From: a virus
Virus record (IMG/VR): IMGVR_UViG_3300031566_000100
Location: 1 to 44,251 of that record
Direction: 5' to 3' (one strand)
DNA length: 44,251 nucleotides
Shown here piece by piece: positions 26,757 through 34,027 of this stretch; the first letter of the stretch is position 1, and each line of letters begins with the position of its first letter. The notes beneath the pieces are model-generated. The model worked only from the letters and a program-made list of their open reading frames with translations, searched no databases and was not told the origin of the DNA. The translations under genes were made by a program, and so were the position numbers.

Positions 26757-26776
26757 CGGCACAGCCGCAGAAAGAG
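26755..26776 (+). repeat. 22-nt hairpin-plus-RBS motif, copy 3 (one substitution: ...gaaagag)
   Basis: agcggcacagccgcagaaagag, 8 nt before the ATG at 26785. Confidence 0.8.
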
Positions 26777-26784
26777 CAGGAAAA

Positions 26785-26979
26785 ATGAACACAATAGAAT
26801 CAATCCTCAAATTAACAAACCAGATAATTAACGACTGGCACGCTGACGCTGCCAACATCCTCAAAGAAGAACCAGCCGGATTACGCTTGGCGCGGGCAAT
26901 CAAAGACAACGCTAATCGAGGGTTACAAACTCAGGCGGCCAAATGGCTGGGCAATGCTCAGCTTACTTTGGGCACTTGA
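26785..26979 (+). CDS. Hypothetical protein (64 aa)
   Basis: MNTIESILKLTNQIINDWHADAANIL...; start reset to the ATG after motif copy 3. Confidence 0.5.
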   Translation: MNTIESILKLTNQIINDWHADAANILKEEPAGLRLARAIKDNANRGLQTQAAKWLGNAQLTLGT

Positions 26980-27178
26980 TATTGAGACTGGCAACGTATT
27001 CAAACAGGTTGACCAACTTCATACTACAGAAGGCCCGGCAAGGTCAATAAAGTGCCCGTAATGACCGAGATAATTTCAAGTGCGGGGGGGTTTTCCCGCC
27101 AATAGGACAAAGTCGCAACACAGGGCCAGCCAGAGGCCTTAAAATGGATTCTGGCGACTTAACCGTCCAGCCTTATAA

Positions 27179-27331
27179 TCATATCGGTCCCCAACTAAAC
27201 TCTGGATTCGGAATAGGTTCACAAACAGCGATATAAACACCAATGCTGTCCGGCGGCAAATCATATTCTTTAGCCAGTTTTTGCCATACCAACTCTGACA
27301 ATTCTGATTTATATACCCGTATAGCCTTCAT
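27179..27331 (-). CDS. Hypothetical 50-aa protein, last gene of the minus-strand early block
   Basis: MKAIRVYKSELSELVWQKLAKEYDLPPDSIGVYIAVCEPIPNPEFSWGPI; aaagg 8 nt upstream; below the ORF-track cutoff. Confidence 0.4.
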   Translation of the reverse strand: MKAIRVYKSELSELVWQKLAKEYDLPPDSIGVYIAVCEPIPNPEFSWGPI

Positions 27332-27404
27332 ATCATTTACCTTTGCCAATGCGCCCCGCCAAGTCCTTTAGCAGCAACAGGCCGGACGGGGCGCGTACGT
27401 ATAA

Positions 27405-27848
27405 TTATTCTTTCGCAGGCAGTTTCCTCAAGGCCCGGATAATGTTCTCGGCCTTCGGGCCTATGGTTTCCGCCAGATACCCTTCAAGGTTGTCCCACTG
27501 TTCGCGGTTGGCTGCCTTGTATGCCTCAATCCCTTGTACGATTGAAGCCGTTGCGCTGTAATACATCTGGCTTTGGGTCTGTGCCGTCACCAATTTAGGT
27601 TTGACAGTTTTCCAGGTTCCATATACCGCACCGCCCGCCGTTGCTACCGGCAAAAGAAAAGGCCAGACAATCCCCAATAGCCCCAGTATGCCGATTGCCG
27701 TCTCTGCCGCCCGCTCAACCTGCCCCACAGTGTTCGGGTCAAGCGAAGTCTGTGTTTGCCCGGTTACGGGGTCTTTCGTACTTATGCAGCCAGCCACTAC
27801 GAGCGACAGCCCTGCACACATTACAATTAACAACAATACTTTTTTCAT
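27405..27848 (-). CDS. Putative lipoprotein/membrane protein
   Basis: MKKVLLLIVMCAGLSLVVAG-C lipobox, then a hydrophobic stretch (AIGILGLLGIVWPFLLPVATAGGAV); AAGGAG SD. Confidence 0.6.
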   Translation of the reverse strand: MKKVLLLIVMCAGLSLVVAGCISTKDPVTGQTQTSLDPNTVGQVERAAETAIGILGLLGIVWPFLLPVATAGGAVYGTWKTVKPKLVTAQTQSQMYYSATASIVQGIEAYKAANREQWDNLEGYLAETIGPKAENIIRALRKLPAKE

Positions 27849-27852
27849 TTTG

Positions 27853-28185
27853 TTACTCCTTTCCTGACTGTAGTAATTCGATAAAATCGTTCAAATCGAG
27901 ACACACATAGTCCCGCTCATTGTTTCGACTGAAAATTAAAAGACCTTTTTTATATCCGGCCTGTGTAAATGTCTGCCGAAGTGAATCCCAAATGTTCAAG
28001 TGTTCCTGTTTCTTGCACTCGATTACATAGGGGGCAAGTACCCCGTCCAGGTTGCGCAGGTCCCCTTTTATATCAAGCGCACCGGAACAAGGCACACGCC
28101 GCACATTACAATCAAAAGCCCTTGACAACAGCTTTGCAATATGCCTTTCGTAGCCTTTACCTTTTCTTTGTGCCGCGCTTGCCAT
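27853..28185 (-). CDS. PD-(D/E)xK nuclease, Hjc-like Holliday junction resolvase
   Basis: RKGKGYERHIAKLL...RRVPCSGA...GDL...VIECKK: the RKG-x-x-ER...SG...D...E-x-K arrangement of archaeal-type resolvases. Confidence 0.6.
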   Translation of the reverse strand: MASAAQRKGKGYERHIAKLLSRAFDCNVRRVPCSGALDIKGDLRNLDGVLAPYVIECKKQEHLNIWDSLRQTFTQAGYKKGLLIFSRNNERDYVCLDLNDFIELLQSGKE

Positions 28186-28187
28186 CT

Positions 28188-28490
28188 CTAATGCTTTACT
28201 CTAAAAATATAATGTCCCCCGCGTTCGGACCTTTGCCAACACATTGAATAAAATAGTATATTTTCGCGCAAAGCCTCAATAATGCTTTCGTTCCCGGACC
28301 AACCCGCCGTTGATAAATGATAAACATCACCAGCAAGTTCTTCTTTCCAAAATCCAGAATGGGCATATTTCCATCGTTCCCGGATATAACCCATAAGCCC
28401 CTTGAAATCCGTGTCCCACTCCCTGATTTTCTGTAGTTCACATTCTTCCGGGTAGCCATCTATGTCCATATCAATCTCCTTGCCTATCAA
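28188..28490 (-). CDS. Hypothetical protein (100 aa)
   Basis: STAGWSGNESIIEAL...GGHYIF block is familiar from phage hypothetical proteins; function unknown. Confidence 0.5.
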   Translation of the reverse strand: MIGKEIDMDIDGYPEECELQKIREWDTDFKGLMGYIRERWKYAHSGFWKEELAGDVYHLSTAGWSGNESIIEALRENILFYSMCWQRSERGGHYIFRVKH

Positions 28491-28515
28491 CTATCTTTTC
28501 ACAAACATAGCCTGG

Positions 28516-28785
28516 TTAGCTTTCGATTATTTTCTTTAGTTGTTCCAAACTGACCAGTTCGATAGAAACTTCTTGCGGGTTTGCGGAATAATCGTATCTC
28601 AGCGGTGCATCCAGACTATCGCTTAGGGCCGCCAAATTTTGCAAGCCCGCCATATCGTTTACACTTGCCGAATACTTTGTTGCCGATATACGTTTATCCC
28701 CAACCATTCGGTAGCGTATGCCGTGCTGATTGCTCGATGTCTGTTTATATTCAGTAACATACTGGTAGTGTTTCTGGAATTTCAT
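28516..28785 (-). CDS. Hypothetical protein (89 aa)
   Basis: ATGA-type overlap with the upstream gene. Confidence 0.5.
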   Translation of the reverse strand: MKFQKHYQYVTEYKQTSSNQHGIRYRMVGDKRISATKYSASVNDMAGLQNLAALSDSLDAPLRYDYSANPQEVSIELVSLEQLKKIIES

Positions 28786-29294
28786 AAATCGCCTTTCTGC
28801 TTGTCAGCGGCCAATAGGGCCTGTATTTCCGGCCTCAATTCGTCAATCAAAAACCACATATTTTTATGTACGTTATCACGATGCGCCGCAATAAGTTTCT
28901 CTGCCGGCGCCGCCCTGATTTTCTCAGAGTATTCTTTGCGCACTTCGACCCGCTGCTTGCCTACAGTCGTTTGTTCAAAATCAGCCTCATTGAAATTGTT
29001 TTCGATAAATCTGTAAATCTGTAACTCCTGCCGGTTGTCGGGCCGGGCACGGGTTAGAAACTTCGCAAGCGGCCAGGCCCGCGACCAGACATACTCCGGC
29101 GAAATCAATATCTCGGCGTAATTTTTTATTGCTGCGTTTATCTGTTCAACTGTGAACCCATCCTTTAGCCTTGCCTTAACAGCTTTGGTTATATCTGGCA
29201 TAATCGCCCTATGAGACCTGAAATTGGCCTGCCCTTTGAAAGAATTCCAATAATCAAAAATAGCTTTGATGTCTGCTTCATTTGCCTTAGCCAT
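28782..29294 (-). CDS. Protein with a replisome-organiser-associated 'conserved phage C-terminus'-like domain
   Basis: IKAIFDYWNSFKGQANFRSH...ITKAVKARLKDGFTVEQINAAIKNYA...WPLAKFL resembles the DnaD/phage Phg_2220_C pattern (YLN...f...i.aRl.eGyt.ed...I). Confidence 0.45.
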   Translation of the reverse strand: MAKANEADIKAIFDYWNSFKGQANFRSHRAIMPDITKAVKARLKDGFTVEQINAAIKNYAEILISPEYVWSRAWPLAKFLTRARPDNRQELQIYRFIENNFNEADFEQTTVGKQRVEVRKEYSEKIRAAPAEKLIAAHRDNVHKNMWFLIDELRPEIQALLAADKQKGDL

Positions 29295-29539
29295 TTTATT
29301 TTCCTTTTAATCCTTTATTTCTTGACCCAACGGCAACCACGCATATACCACTATGCGCTACTTACAAGCACCCAACGACATCTTACCTAAGCCCTTTGGT
29401 TATGCGTACGGGCACCCTGGCCGTTACAGGGGTTCAGTAAGTTCGCCATAGACTCTTTCGTTTCTAAAAGAAGAAACTGGCAGAGCTTTTGATATCATGA
29501 CCATGCCTGTAAAAAAGCCGTCAACCACTTTTCACTCCG

Positions 29540-29641
29540 TTATTTCTTGCTCAGCAAAAAAAATAAGAAGCCGACCAATAATCCCAGCACTGTTAAAATA
29601 ATTATTAAAATAATCCCTGCCAATAAAATCATCTCATCCAT
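29540..29641 (-). CDS. 33-aa single-TM peptide, family member a (MDEMILLAGIILIIILTVLGLLVGFLFFLLSKK)
   Basis: GAGGGCTGAAAAATG start context; 3' 45-50 nt repeated at 29663..29708 and 29991..30040. Confidence 0.5.
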   Translation of the reverse strand: MDEMILLAGIILIIILTVLGLLVGFLFFLLSKK

Positions 29642-29667
29642 TTTTCAGCCCTCAAATCAAACCGCGC

Positions 29668-29736
29668 CTATTTCTTGCTCAGCAAAACAAATAAGAAGCC
29701 GACCAATATCGCCGCAATGACAAGCTGTTGACTTTT
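29668..29736 (-). pseudogene. TM-tail paralog without a start codon, in frame behind the TAA of the 83-aa ORF (KSQQLVIAAILVGFLFVLLSKK)
   Basis: Frame checked: 29739..29668 is 72 nt; no ATG/GTG in the segment; homologous to the tails of members a and c. Confidence 0.35.
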
Positions 29737-29988
29737 TTAGACTGCGATATTCTTTTTGATAACATCCTTCTTTGAGCCATATTTACTGCCTTTGCTTCTA
29801 TTTGTTTTCTTATATGCTCTTGGTTGCCAATCAAACCCATAACCCATCTGACAACCATATACTTCCAGCAGATATATAATTTCCTGAAGGCGCATTCTGT
29901 CCTCTGGGCTGTCAAGGTTGAGGTTAAATTCTTTGCAGACCAAATATAATATGCCCTTTTGTATGACCCGCATTTTCGTGTCAGTCAT
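29737..29988 (-). CDS. Hypothetical protein (83 aa)
   Basis: GGAGTGAAAAATG start context; ends at a TAA that is in frame with the TM-tail remnant. Confidence 0.55.
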   Translation of the reverse strand: MTDTKMRVIQKGILYLVCKEFNLNLDSPEDRMRLQEIIYLLEVYGCQMGYGFDWQPRAYKKTNRSKGSKYGSKKDVIKKNIAV

Positions 29989-29999
29989 TTTTCACTCCG

Positions 30000-30122
30000 T
30001 TATCTTTTGCTCAGCAAAAAAAATAAGAAGCCGACCAATATCGCCGCAATAACAAGCCCTGCAACCTGTATGGTGTCAGCGATGCGGTTTAAGGCTTCAA
30101 TAATTATATTCGGGTCATTCAT
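30000..30122 (-). CDS. 40-aa single-TM peptide, family member c (MNDPNIIIEALNRIADTIQVAGLVIAAILVGFLFFLLSKR)
   Basis: GAGGGCTGAAAAATG context; shares the LVGFLFFLLSK tail. Confidence 0.5.
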   Translation of the reverse strand: MNDPNIIIEALNRIADTIQVAGLVIAAILVGFLFFLLSKR

Positions 30123-30174
30123 TTTTCAGCCCTCAACGTATATTCGCTTTCTTAAAATGCGGCCCCGCGCACGT

Positions 30175-30342
30175 CTAACAAAACCACAGCCGGCAGAAAT
30201 AACATTTGTAAGCGTGCATGATGCTTACAGTGCGTCCGCATATACAAGTTACTTTCACATTTTTTCGATGTGGATAAATCTGCGCATTCTGTTTCCGTAG
30301 CGAAGCTCGCTTTTCTTCAATTTCAGCTAATGGGTACGGCAT
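30175..30342 (-). CDS. 55-aa Cys-rich (zinc-ribbon-like) protein
   Basis: MPYPLAEIEEKRASLRKQNAQIYPHRKNVKVTCICGRTVSIMHAYKCYFCRLWFC; TAATG overlap with the upstream ORF. Confidence 0.4.
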   Translation of the reverse strand: MPYPLAEIEEKRASLRKQNAQIYPHRKNVKVTCICGRTVSIMHAYKCYFCRLWFC

Positions 30343-30533
30343 TATTTTTCAGCCTCCGCAAACAGCGGCGGCCTGCTTTTTAATCTTTGTTTTAGTACAC
30401 TATTTTCTTGTTTTAGCGTCTCATACCCATCTATTAAATTACCAACCCAAGCGACCAGATTCGTACCGTAGAATGGGCCTTTTGGGTCACCAAAGATTGA
30501 CCGCAACCGAGCTATGTCCCCGCTAATATCCAT
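30342..30533 (-). CDS. Hypothetical protein (63 aa)
   Basis: Ends ...PPLFAEAEK, encoded by the conserved boundary repeat. Confidence 0.55.
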   Translation of the reverse strand: MDISGDIARLRSIFGDPKGPFYGTNLVAWVGNLIDGYETLKQENSVLKQRLKSRPPLFAEAEK

Positions 30534-30598
30534 CTATTCACCGCCTTTTTCTTTTATCGGGTTCCAACTTTGGTCCCAGTATTTGCCTGCGTTAATGT

Positions 30599-30793
30599 TC
30601 AATCTTCACCGCCTTTCAAACATAACGGCTCACCGGTTTTGACCCAGTGGTGAACACATTCTTTTGTATGCCAACCACCTGGGTCGCCGTTTGTATATTC
30701 AACAGCAGACATTATTTCCCCGCGCCGAAAAGGTCTTGTACACGTCTGCGGCTCAGTACCAATAGCTGCCATAGTTAGCTTTACCTCAGCCAT
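30599..30793 (-). CDS. Hypothetical protein (64 aa)
   Basis: GGCGGTGAATAAAAATG start block shared with the 30533 start. Confidence 0.5.
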   Translation of the reverse strand: MAEVKLTMAAIGTEPQTCTRPFRRGEIMSAVEYTNGDPGGWHTKECVHHWVKTGEPLCLKGGED

Positions 30794-30969
30794 TTTTATT
30801 CACCGCCTTTCGCAGCTTTTGTTTCTTTGATGTCCTTGCGGATTCTTTGCACTTCGGTTCAAAGAAAGGGATGCCACCGCTCCTAAGGCCAAGACAACAT
30901 GGCCCGTAAGACATTTCGCTGCGACTTCCGGACACAACTGTTCTCCGCCGCTATAATTTTTTTCATTTT

Positions 30970-31056
30970 TCAGCCCTTAAATTTCGGCGGCGGACCGCCG
31001 AAGTAACAAAGCACCAAGAACAAAATCACGGTAACAAGCACAGGTATAAACGCCAT
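30970..31056 (-). CDS. 28-aa hydrophobic peptide (MAFIPVLVTVILFLVLCYFGGPPPKFKG)
   Basis: AAGGAG 7 nt upstream; below the track cutoff. Confidence 0.4.
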   Translation of the reverse strand: MAFIPVLVTVILFLVLCYFGGPPPKFKG

Positions 31057-31068
31057 TCTTTCACTCCT

Positions 31069-31149
31069 TTATTTCCTGCTTCTCAAAATACCGAGCAAGC
31101 CTATCATCATTAAAATAATGCCCGCTATTAACAGATTCGGGTCAGTCAT
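31069..31149 (-). CDS. 26-aa hydrophobic peptide (MTDPNLLIAGIILMMIGLLGILRSRK)
   Basis: ATGA overlap with the ASCH gene stop; N-terminus resembles members a and c. Confidence 0.4.
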   Translation of the reverse strand: MTDPNLLIAGIILMMIGLLGILRSRK

Positions 31150-31487
31150 TTTTCAGCCTCCGCAAGTAAAGGGACATCATATAGGCCCAACGAACCTTTG
31201 ACCGGAAACGGCTCAATGGGTTTAACATCGGCAAGCAACCAGGCATAAGCGCCCGGGTACAAGACGCATATTGCCGCTGTTTCGTCCTCTTTTGTCATTG
31301 GTCTGCAGTCCACTACGGTTACGATACACAGGGCTTTTCCTGTTGGCAGGCCATTTATCTTGGGTTGTTTTGAGGCGCAGATAAGCAGCGGGCCTCTGTG
31401 CCGTGTATACCAGCGCCGCGTTTCAATCGTCTTTCTGCCCTGGGCAATCCAGCTTGCCCACGGCTGCTTTAATGAGATAGCCTTCAT
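31146..31487 (-). CDS. ASCH (PUA-like) domain protein
   Basis: MKAISLKQPWASWIAQGRKTIETRRWYTRHRGPLLICAS matches the canonical ASCH N-terminal block (ISIxQPWAxxIxxGxKxxExRxW...G.llIhA). Confidence 0.75.
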   Translation of the reverse strand: MKAISLKQPWASWIAQGRKTIETRRWYTRHRGPLLICASKQPKINGLPTGKALCIVTVVDCRPMTKEDETAAICVLYPGAYAWLLADVKPIEPFPVKGSLGLYDVPLLAEAEK

Positions 31488-31496
31488 TTTTCAGCC

Positions 31497-32096
31497 TCAC
31501 TTTATTTTCATTGCCTGTTTGGCTATTGCTATTAAATTTATTTCCTTTTCCGTTGCCGCCCACGCCGCCGCCCGCGCCGCCTCTGCCCACGCCGCCCACG
31601 CTACCTCCGCCACCGCCCCCGCCGCCCACGCCGCCGTCCTCGCCGCCCACGCTACCTCCGCCACCGCCCCCGCCGCCCACGCCGCCTCTGCCGCCTTTTG
31701 ACTCCTGTCCTTGCCGGACAGCCAGTTTTGGGCCCACTCAACAAACCTTGGCTCTTTGTAAACTTCAAGTGCGCATAAAATTCCAAAAGCAACTCTTTGC
31801 GTGGTCGTTATTTCCGGTAAGGGCAATTCCTCAAGCAATCGCATTTTGGTAAAACCATATTTTAATCCGCAATCAATCTTTTTTTTACCCCGAACCTGAA
31901 CTTTCCAGGCACGCGGGTTTTTTATATCCCCGTATATAGAATTGAGCAATACCGCCAGTAAAATATGACTGTAACAATGCAGCCAGCCTTCCGTGCACAA
32001 TTCCCCTTCGCCAGAGGTCGTAACCCATTTGCCGATTTCCCATTGGAACCCGTCGTGCGCTTTTAAGTTTTGGTCTGTCAGTTTAACGTAATTCAT
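31497..32096 (-). CDS. Protein with a globular N-domain and an Ala/Trp-rich tandem-repeat C-terminus
   Basis: C-terminus KAAEAAWAAGAVAEVAWAARTAAWAAGAVAEVAWAAWAEAARAAAWAA, encoded by 51-bp tandem repeats; reminiscent of AAWAA-repeat immunity-like proteins (recollection only). Confidence 0.55.
   Translation of the reverse strand: MNYVKLTDQNLKAHDGFQWEIGKWVTTSGEGELCTEGWLHCYSHILLAVLLNSIYGDIKNPRAWKVQVRGKKKIDCGLKYGFTKMRLLEELPLPEITTTQRVAFGILCALEVYKEPRFVEWAQNWLSGKDRSQKAAEAAWAAGAVAEVAWAARTAAWAAGAVAEVAWAAWAEAARAAAWAATEKEINLIAIAKQAMKIK
31591..31686. repeat. Tandem repeat, 51-bp period, 2 copies (GC-rich)
   Basis: gccgcccacgctacctccgccaccgcccccgccgcccacgccgcc at 31591..31635 and 31642..31686. Confidence 0.85.
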
Positions 32097-32099
32097 TTT

Positions 32100-32420
32100 T
32101 CAGCCTCCGCAAACAGCGGCACGCTTTCTAATAATCGCTCTGTAATCTCTTGCTGGCTTGCCGATATGCCGCTCCTCGAGAATTTCCCATTGAGATTTTA
32201 TTAAGACATCGCCATTGGGTGTTTGCCGAGTTCTCTTTGTTTGTTTCTTGGGGATAGGCGGCAACAACACCATAATCATATCTTTTGGCCTTGTTTTGCC
32301 GTCTAAAACCAATTCGTAGCCCTCTGGCAAAGGGAGAGATGTTTCAAAAAAATAAGCACGTCCGCACGCGAATCCCGTGTGTATAACTATCCCGTTTTTA
32401 ACCTCATTACCCATATTCAC
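32100..32420 (-). CDS. Hypothetical protein (106 aa)
   Basis: 3' end lies in the conserved boundary repeat (read in another frame: ..AAVCGG). Confidence 0.5.
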   Translation of the reverse strand: MNMGNEVKNGIVIHTGFACGRAYFFETSLPLPEGYELVLDGKTRPKDMIMVLLPPIPKKQTKRTRQTPNGDVLIKSQWEILEERHIGKPARDYRAIIRKRAAVCGG

Positions 32421-32475
32421 TCCTTTGCAAACAGCGGCACAGACGGCCCGCTGCTCGGCTATTTAATGCGTCTTT

Positions 32476-32721
32476 TTACACTTTTAATCCTGAAATACTT
32501 TGTTCTCTAAAAACAAACCATCCCGCCTGGTGATATGCCATTAGTTCGGGGGTAGCATCGCCGTGAGTTAGATAACCCAATACTCGTCGGCCTACTCTAA
32601 TGCCAAAAATCCAACGACGGCCACATTGAAGATTATGCAATAAAAATGCAAGTCCCAAATACTTGGTTTTCCACTGCCATCCACAAAATACTCCTTTAGG
32701 TTTAATAAGTTTAACAGCCAT
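32476..32721 (-). CDS. Hypothetical protein (81 aa)
   Basis: TAATG overlap with the upstream ORF. Confidence 0.5.
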   Translation of the reverse strand: MAVKLIKPKGVFCGWQWKTKYLGLAFLLHNLQCGRRWIFGIRVGRRVLGYLTHGDATPELMAYHQAGWFVFREQSISGLKV

Positions 32722-32966
32722 TATGTTCTCCTTTGCACCTTTTCAAATAACGATTTCTGCCCGGCCTGCTGCTCGGCCTTTGCCATACATATAATTATTG
32801 GGCCTTTGTGCAGGGGGCATTTTTTAGGAAACGCATCGCCGCCAAGCACCTCATCGGTCGCATTGCAGCTAAACTCGCCTTTCATAATGCCGCAAGCGTG
32901 CAAGTGGCGCAGGGGACACTCATCACAGTCGCCGCATACAATTTTATTTAGGAATTTGTCGAGCAT
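32721..32966 (-). CDS. Hypothetical Cys-rich protein (81 aa)
   Basis: CGDCDECPLRHLHACG...C...CPLH; TAATG overlaps on both sides. Confidence 0.5.
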   Translation of the reverse strand: MLDKFLNKIVCGDCDECPLRHLHACGIMKGEFSCNATDEVLGGDAFPKKCPLHKGPIIICMAKAEQQAGQKSLFEKVQRRT

Positions 32967-33427
32967 TATCTGTTGGCCTCAAAAAGAAGCCCTTGACCGT
33001 TTTCTTTGCTGCACAAGCCTTTTCTCAACGTTTGTAGCAGTTCAAAGATAGGGTGATGAATATCACCCCCGCGCTTGTCATAAATCATTGATTTTAATTT
33101 ATCTAAATCTCGCTGTTGGTCTGCCGATAGTTCAGTTTTGCGAATATCAGCCGGTATAGTTTTGCCCTGTTTCTGCATCAAATGTGTTGCCAAATAACAG
33201 TAAATTTCTGTGTGGTTACGTGATGGGGGAGCTGCTAAACTTGCTGTCATAAGAAACGCCAACACTTCAGCATCGCCAACTTTTTCAATTGTTGTTAAAG
33301 TAGCTGCTGTTGATATGATGCCTAACATTATTCGTTCATGCCGTATCTCATCCAGTAACCAATTAGGCAAAGTGTCAGCCCAGCCGCCACTTGATACCAC
33401 GAGTCGGTTTTCTTTTTTACTCTTCAT
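32966..33427 (-). CDS. Hypothetical protein (153 aa)
   Basis: ORF after a 170-nt structured intergenic region; no motif. Confidence 0.5.
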   Translation of the reverse strand: MKSKKENRLVVSSGGWADTLPNWLLDEIRHERIMLGIISTAATLTTIEKVGDAEVLAFLMTASLAAPPSRNHTEIYCYLATHLMQKQGKTIPADIRKTELSADQQRDLDKLKSMIYDKRGGDIHHPIFELLQTLRKGLCSKENGQGLLFEANR

Positions 33428-33597
33428 CGCTTCCCTGCATTAGTTATGCGGGATAAGGGGGCAGGCGTACACAAGCACGTGCCCCCTGCACAGCATTGTT
33501 ACCATTTTACTATTTGTGATTTTTCAACATTTTTCACTATTTGCTTTTAGCCCTTGCGGGCGGTTAAACTTCTCCGCCGTCCCGCTTCGGCGGGGGG

Positions 33598-34008
33598 TTA
33601 ATTATTTACCGCCTCTTTTAGCTTCATACTTCTCGCAAATGTGCACCAATCAGATATTGATGACCGGTGTTTATCATCCCATCGTTTTACCTGCTTAGTA
33701 TCGGTACTATTCTTGGTTAGTTCATCATATTCCTCACGATATGCTGGTGGACAAACCGCAAATGTATGGGCTGCATCAATAACTTCATCTATTCGTTCGT
33801 TCATCGTTTTTTGGTATCTCTCTTCCTGTCCATCGGAAAAACCTACAAATACAACTAACGTACATGGCATTTTCTCGCCACCAACAAGTTCAACGCCAGC
33901 CCTGCCGCCACCAACATATAGAGCAACCGCTTCTGCAATATCATTATCCGGCGCAAGAAATGTTATAGGGTCACTTGGTGTAATAAAGTTGTATAGCTTC
34001 ATAATCAT
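33598..34008 (-). CDS. Hypothetical protein (136 aa)
   Basis: ORF; its stop is followed by the repeated block ccccccgccgaa. Confidence 0.5.
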   Translation of the reverse strand: MIMKLYNFITPSDPITFLAPDNDIAEAVALYVGGGRAGVELVGGEKMPCTLVVFVGFSDGQEERYQKTMNERIDEVIDAAHTFAVCPPAYREEYDELTKNSTDTKQVKRWDDKHRSSISDWCTFARSMKLKEAVNN

Positions 34009-34027
34009 TTTCCTTTTCGGCGGGGGG

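Noticed and set aside
26294-26776. Possible CRISPR-like array (three 22-nt repeats with regular spacing)
   Set aside because: Spacing is 220-240 nt rather than 30-40 nt. The intervening sequence is coding. The repeat contains an RBS directly upstream of each ATG. No cas genes or leader are present.
27082-27099. Bidirectional terminator in the convergent gap after the plus-strand island (gcgggggggttttcccgc)
   Set aside because: The stem is short and the loop ill-defined, and no U-tract follows on either strand. It may still contribute to termination, but it is not convincing enough to annotate.
31423-31852. Pro-rich (31511-31852, plus strand) and Gly-rich (31423-31737, minus strand) ORFs
   Set aside because: These are alternative frames of the GC-rich 51-bp tandem repeat. 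The Ala/Trp frame is continuous with a 199-aa ORF that has a proper start context and coupling to its neighbours.
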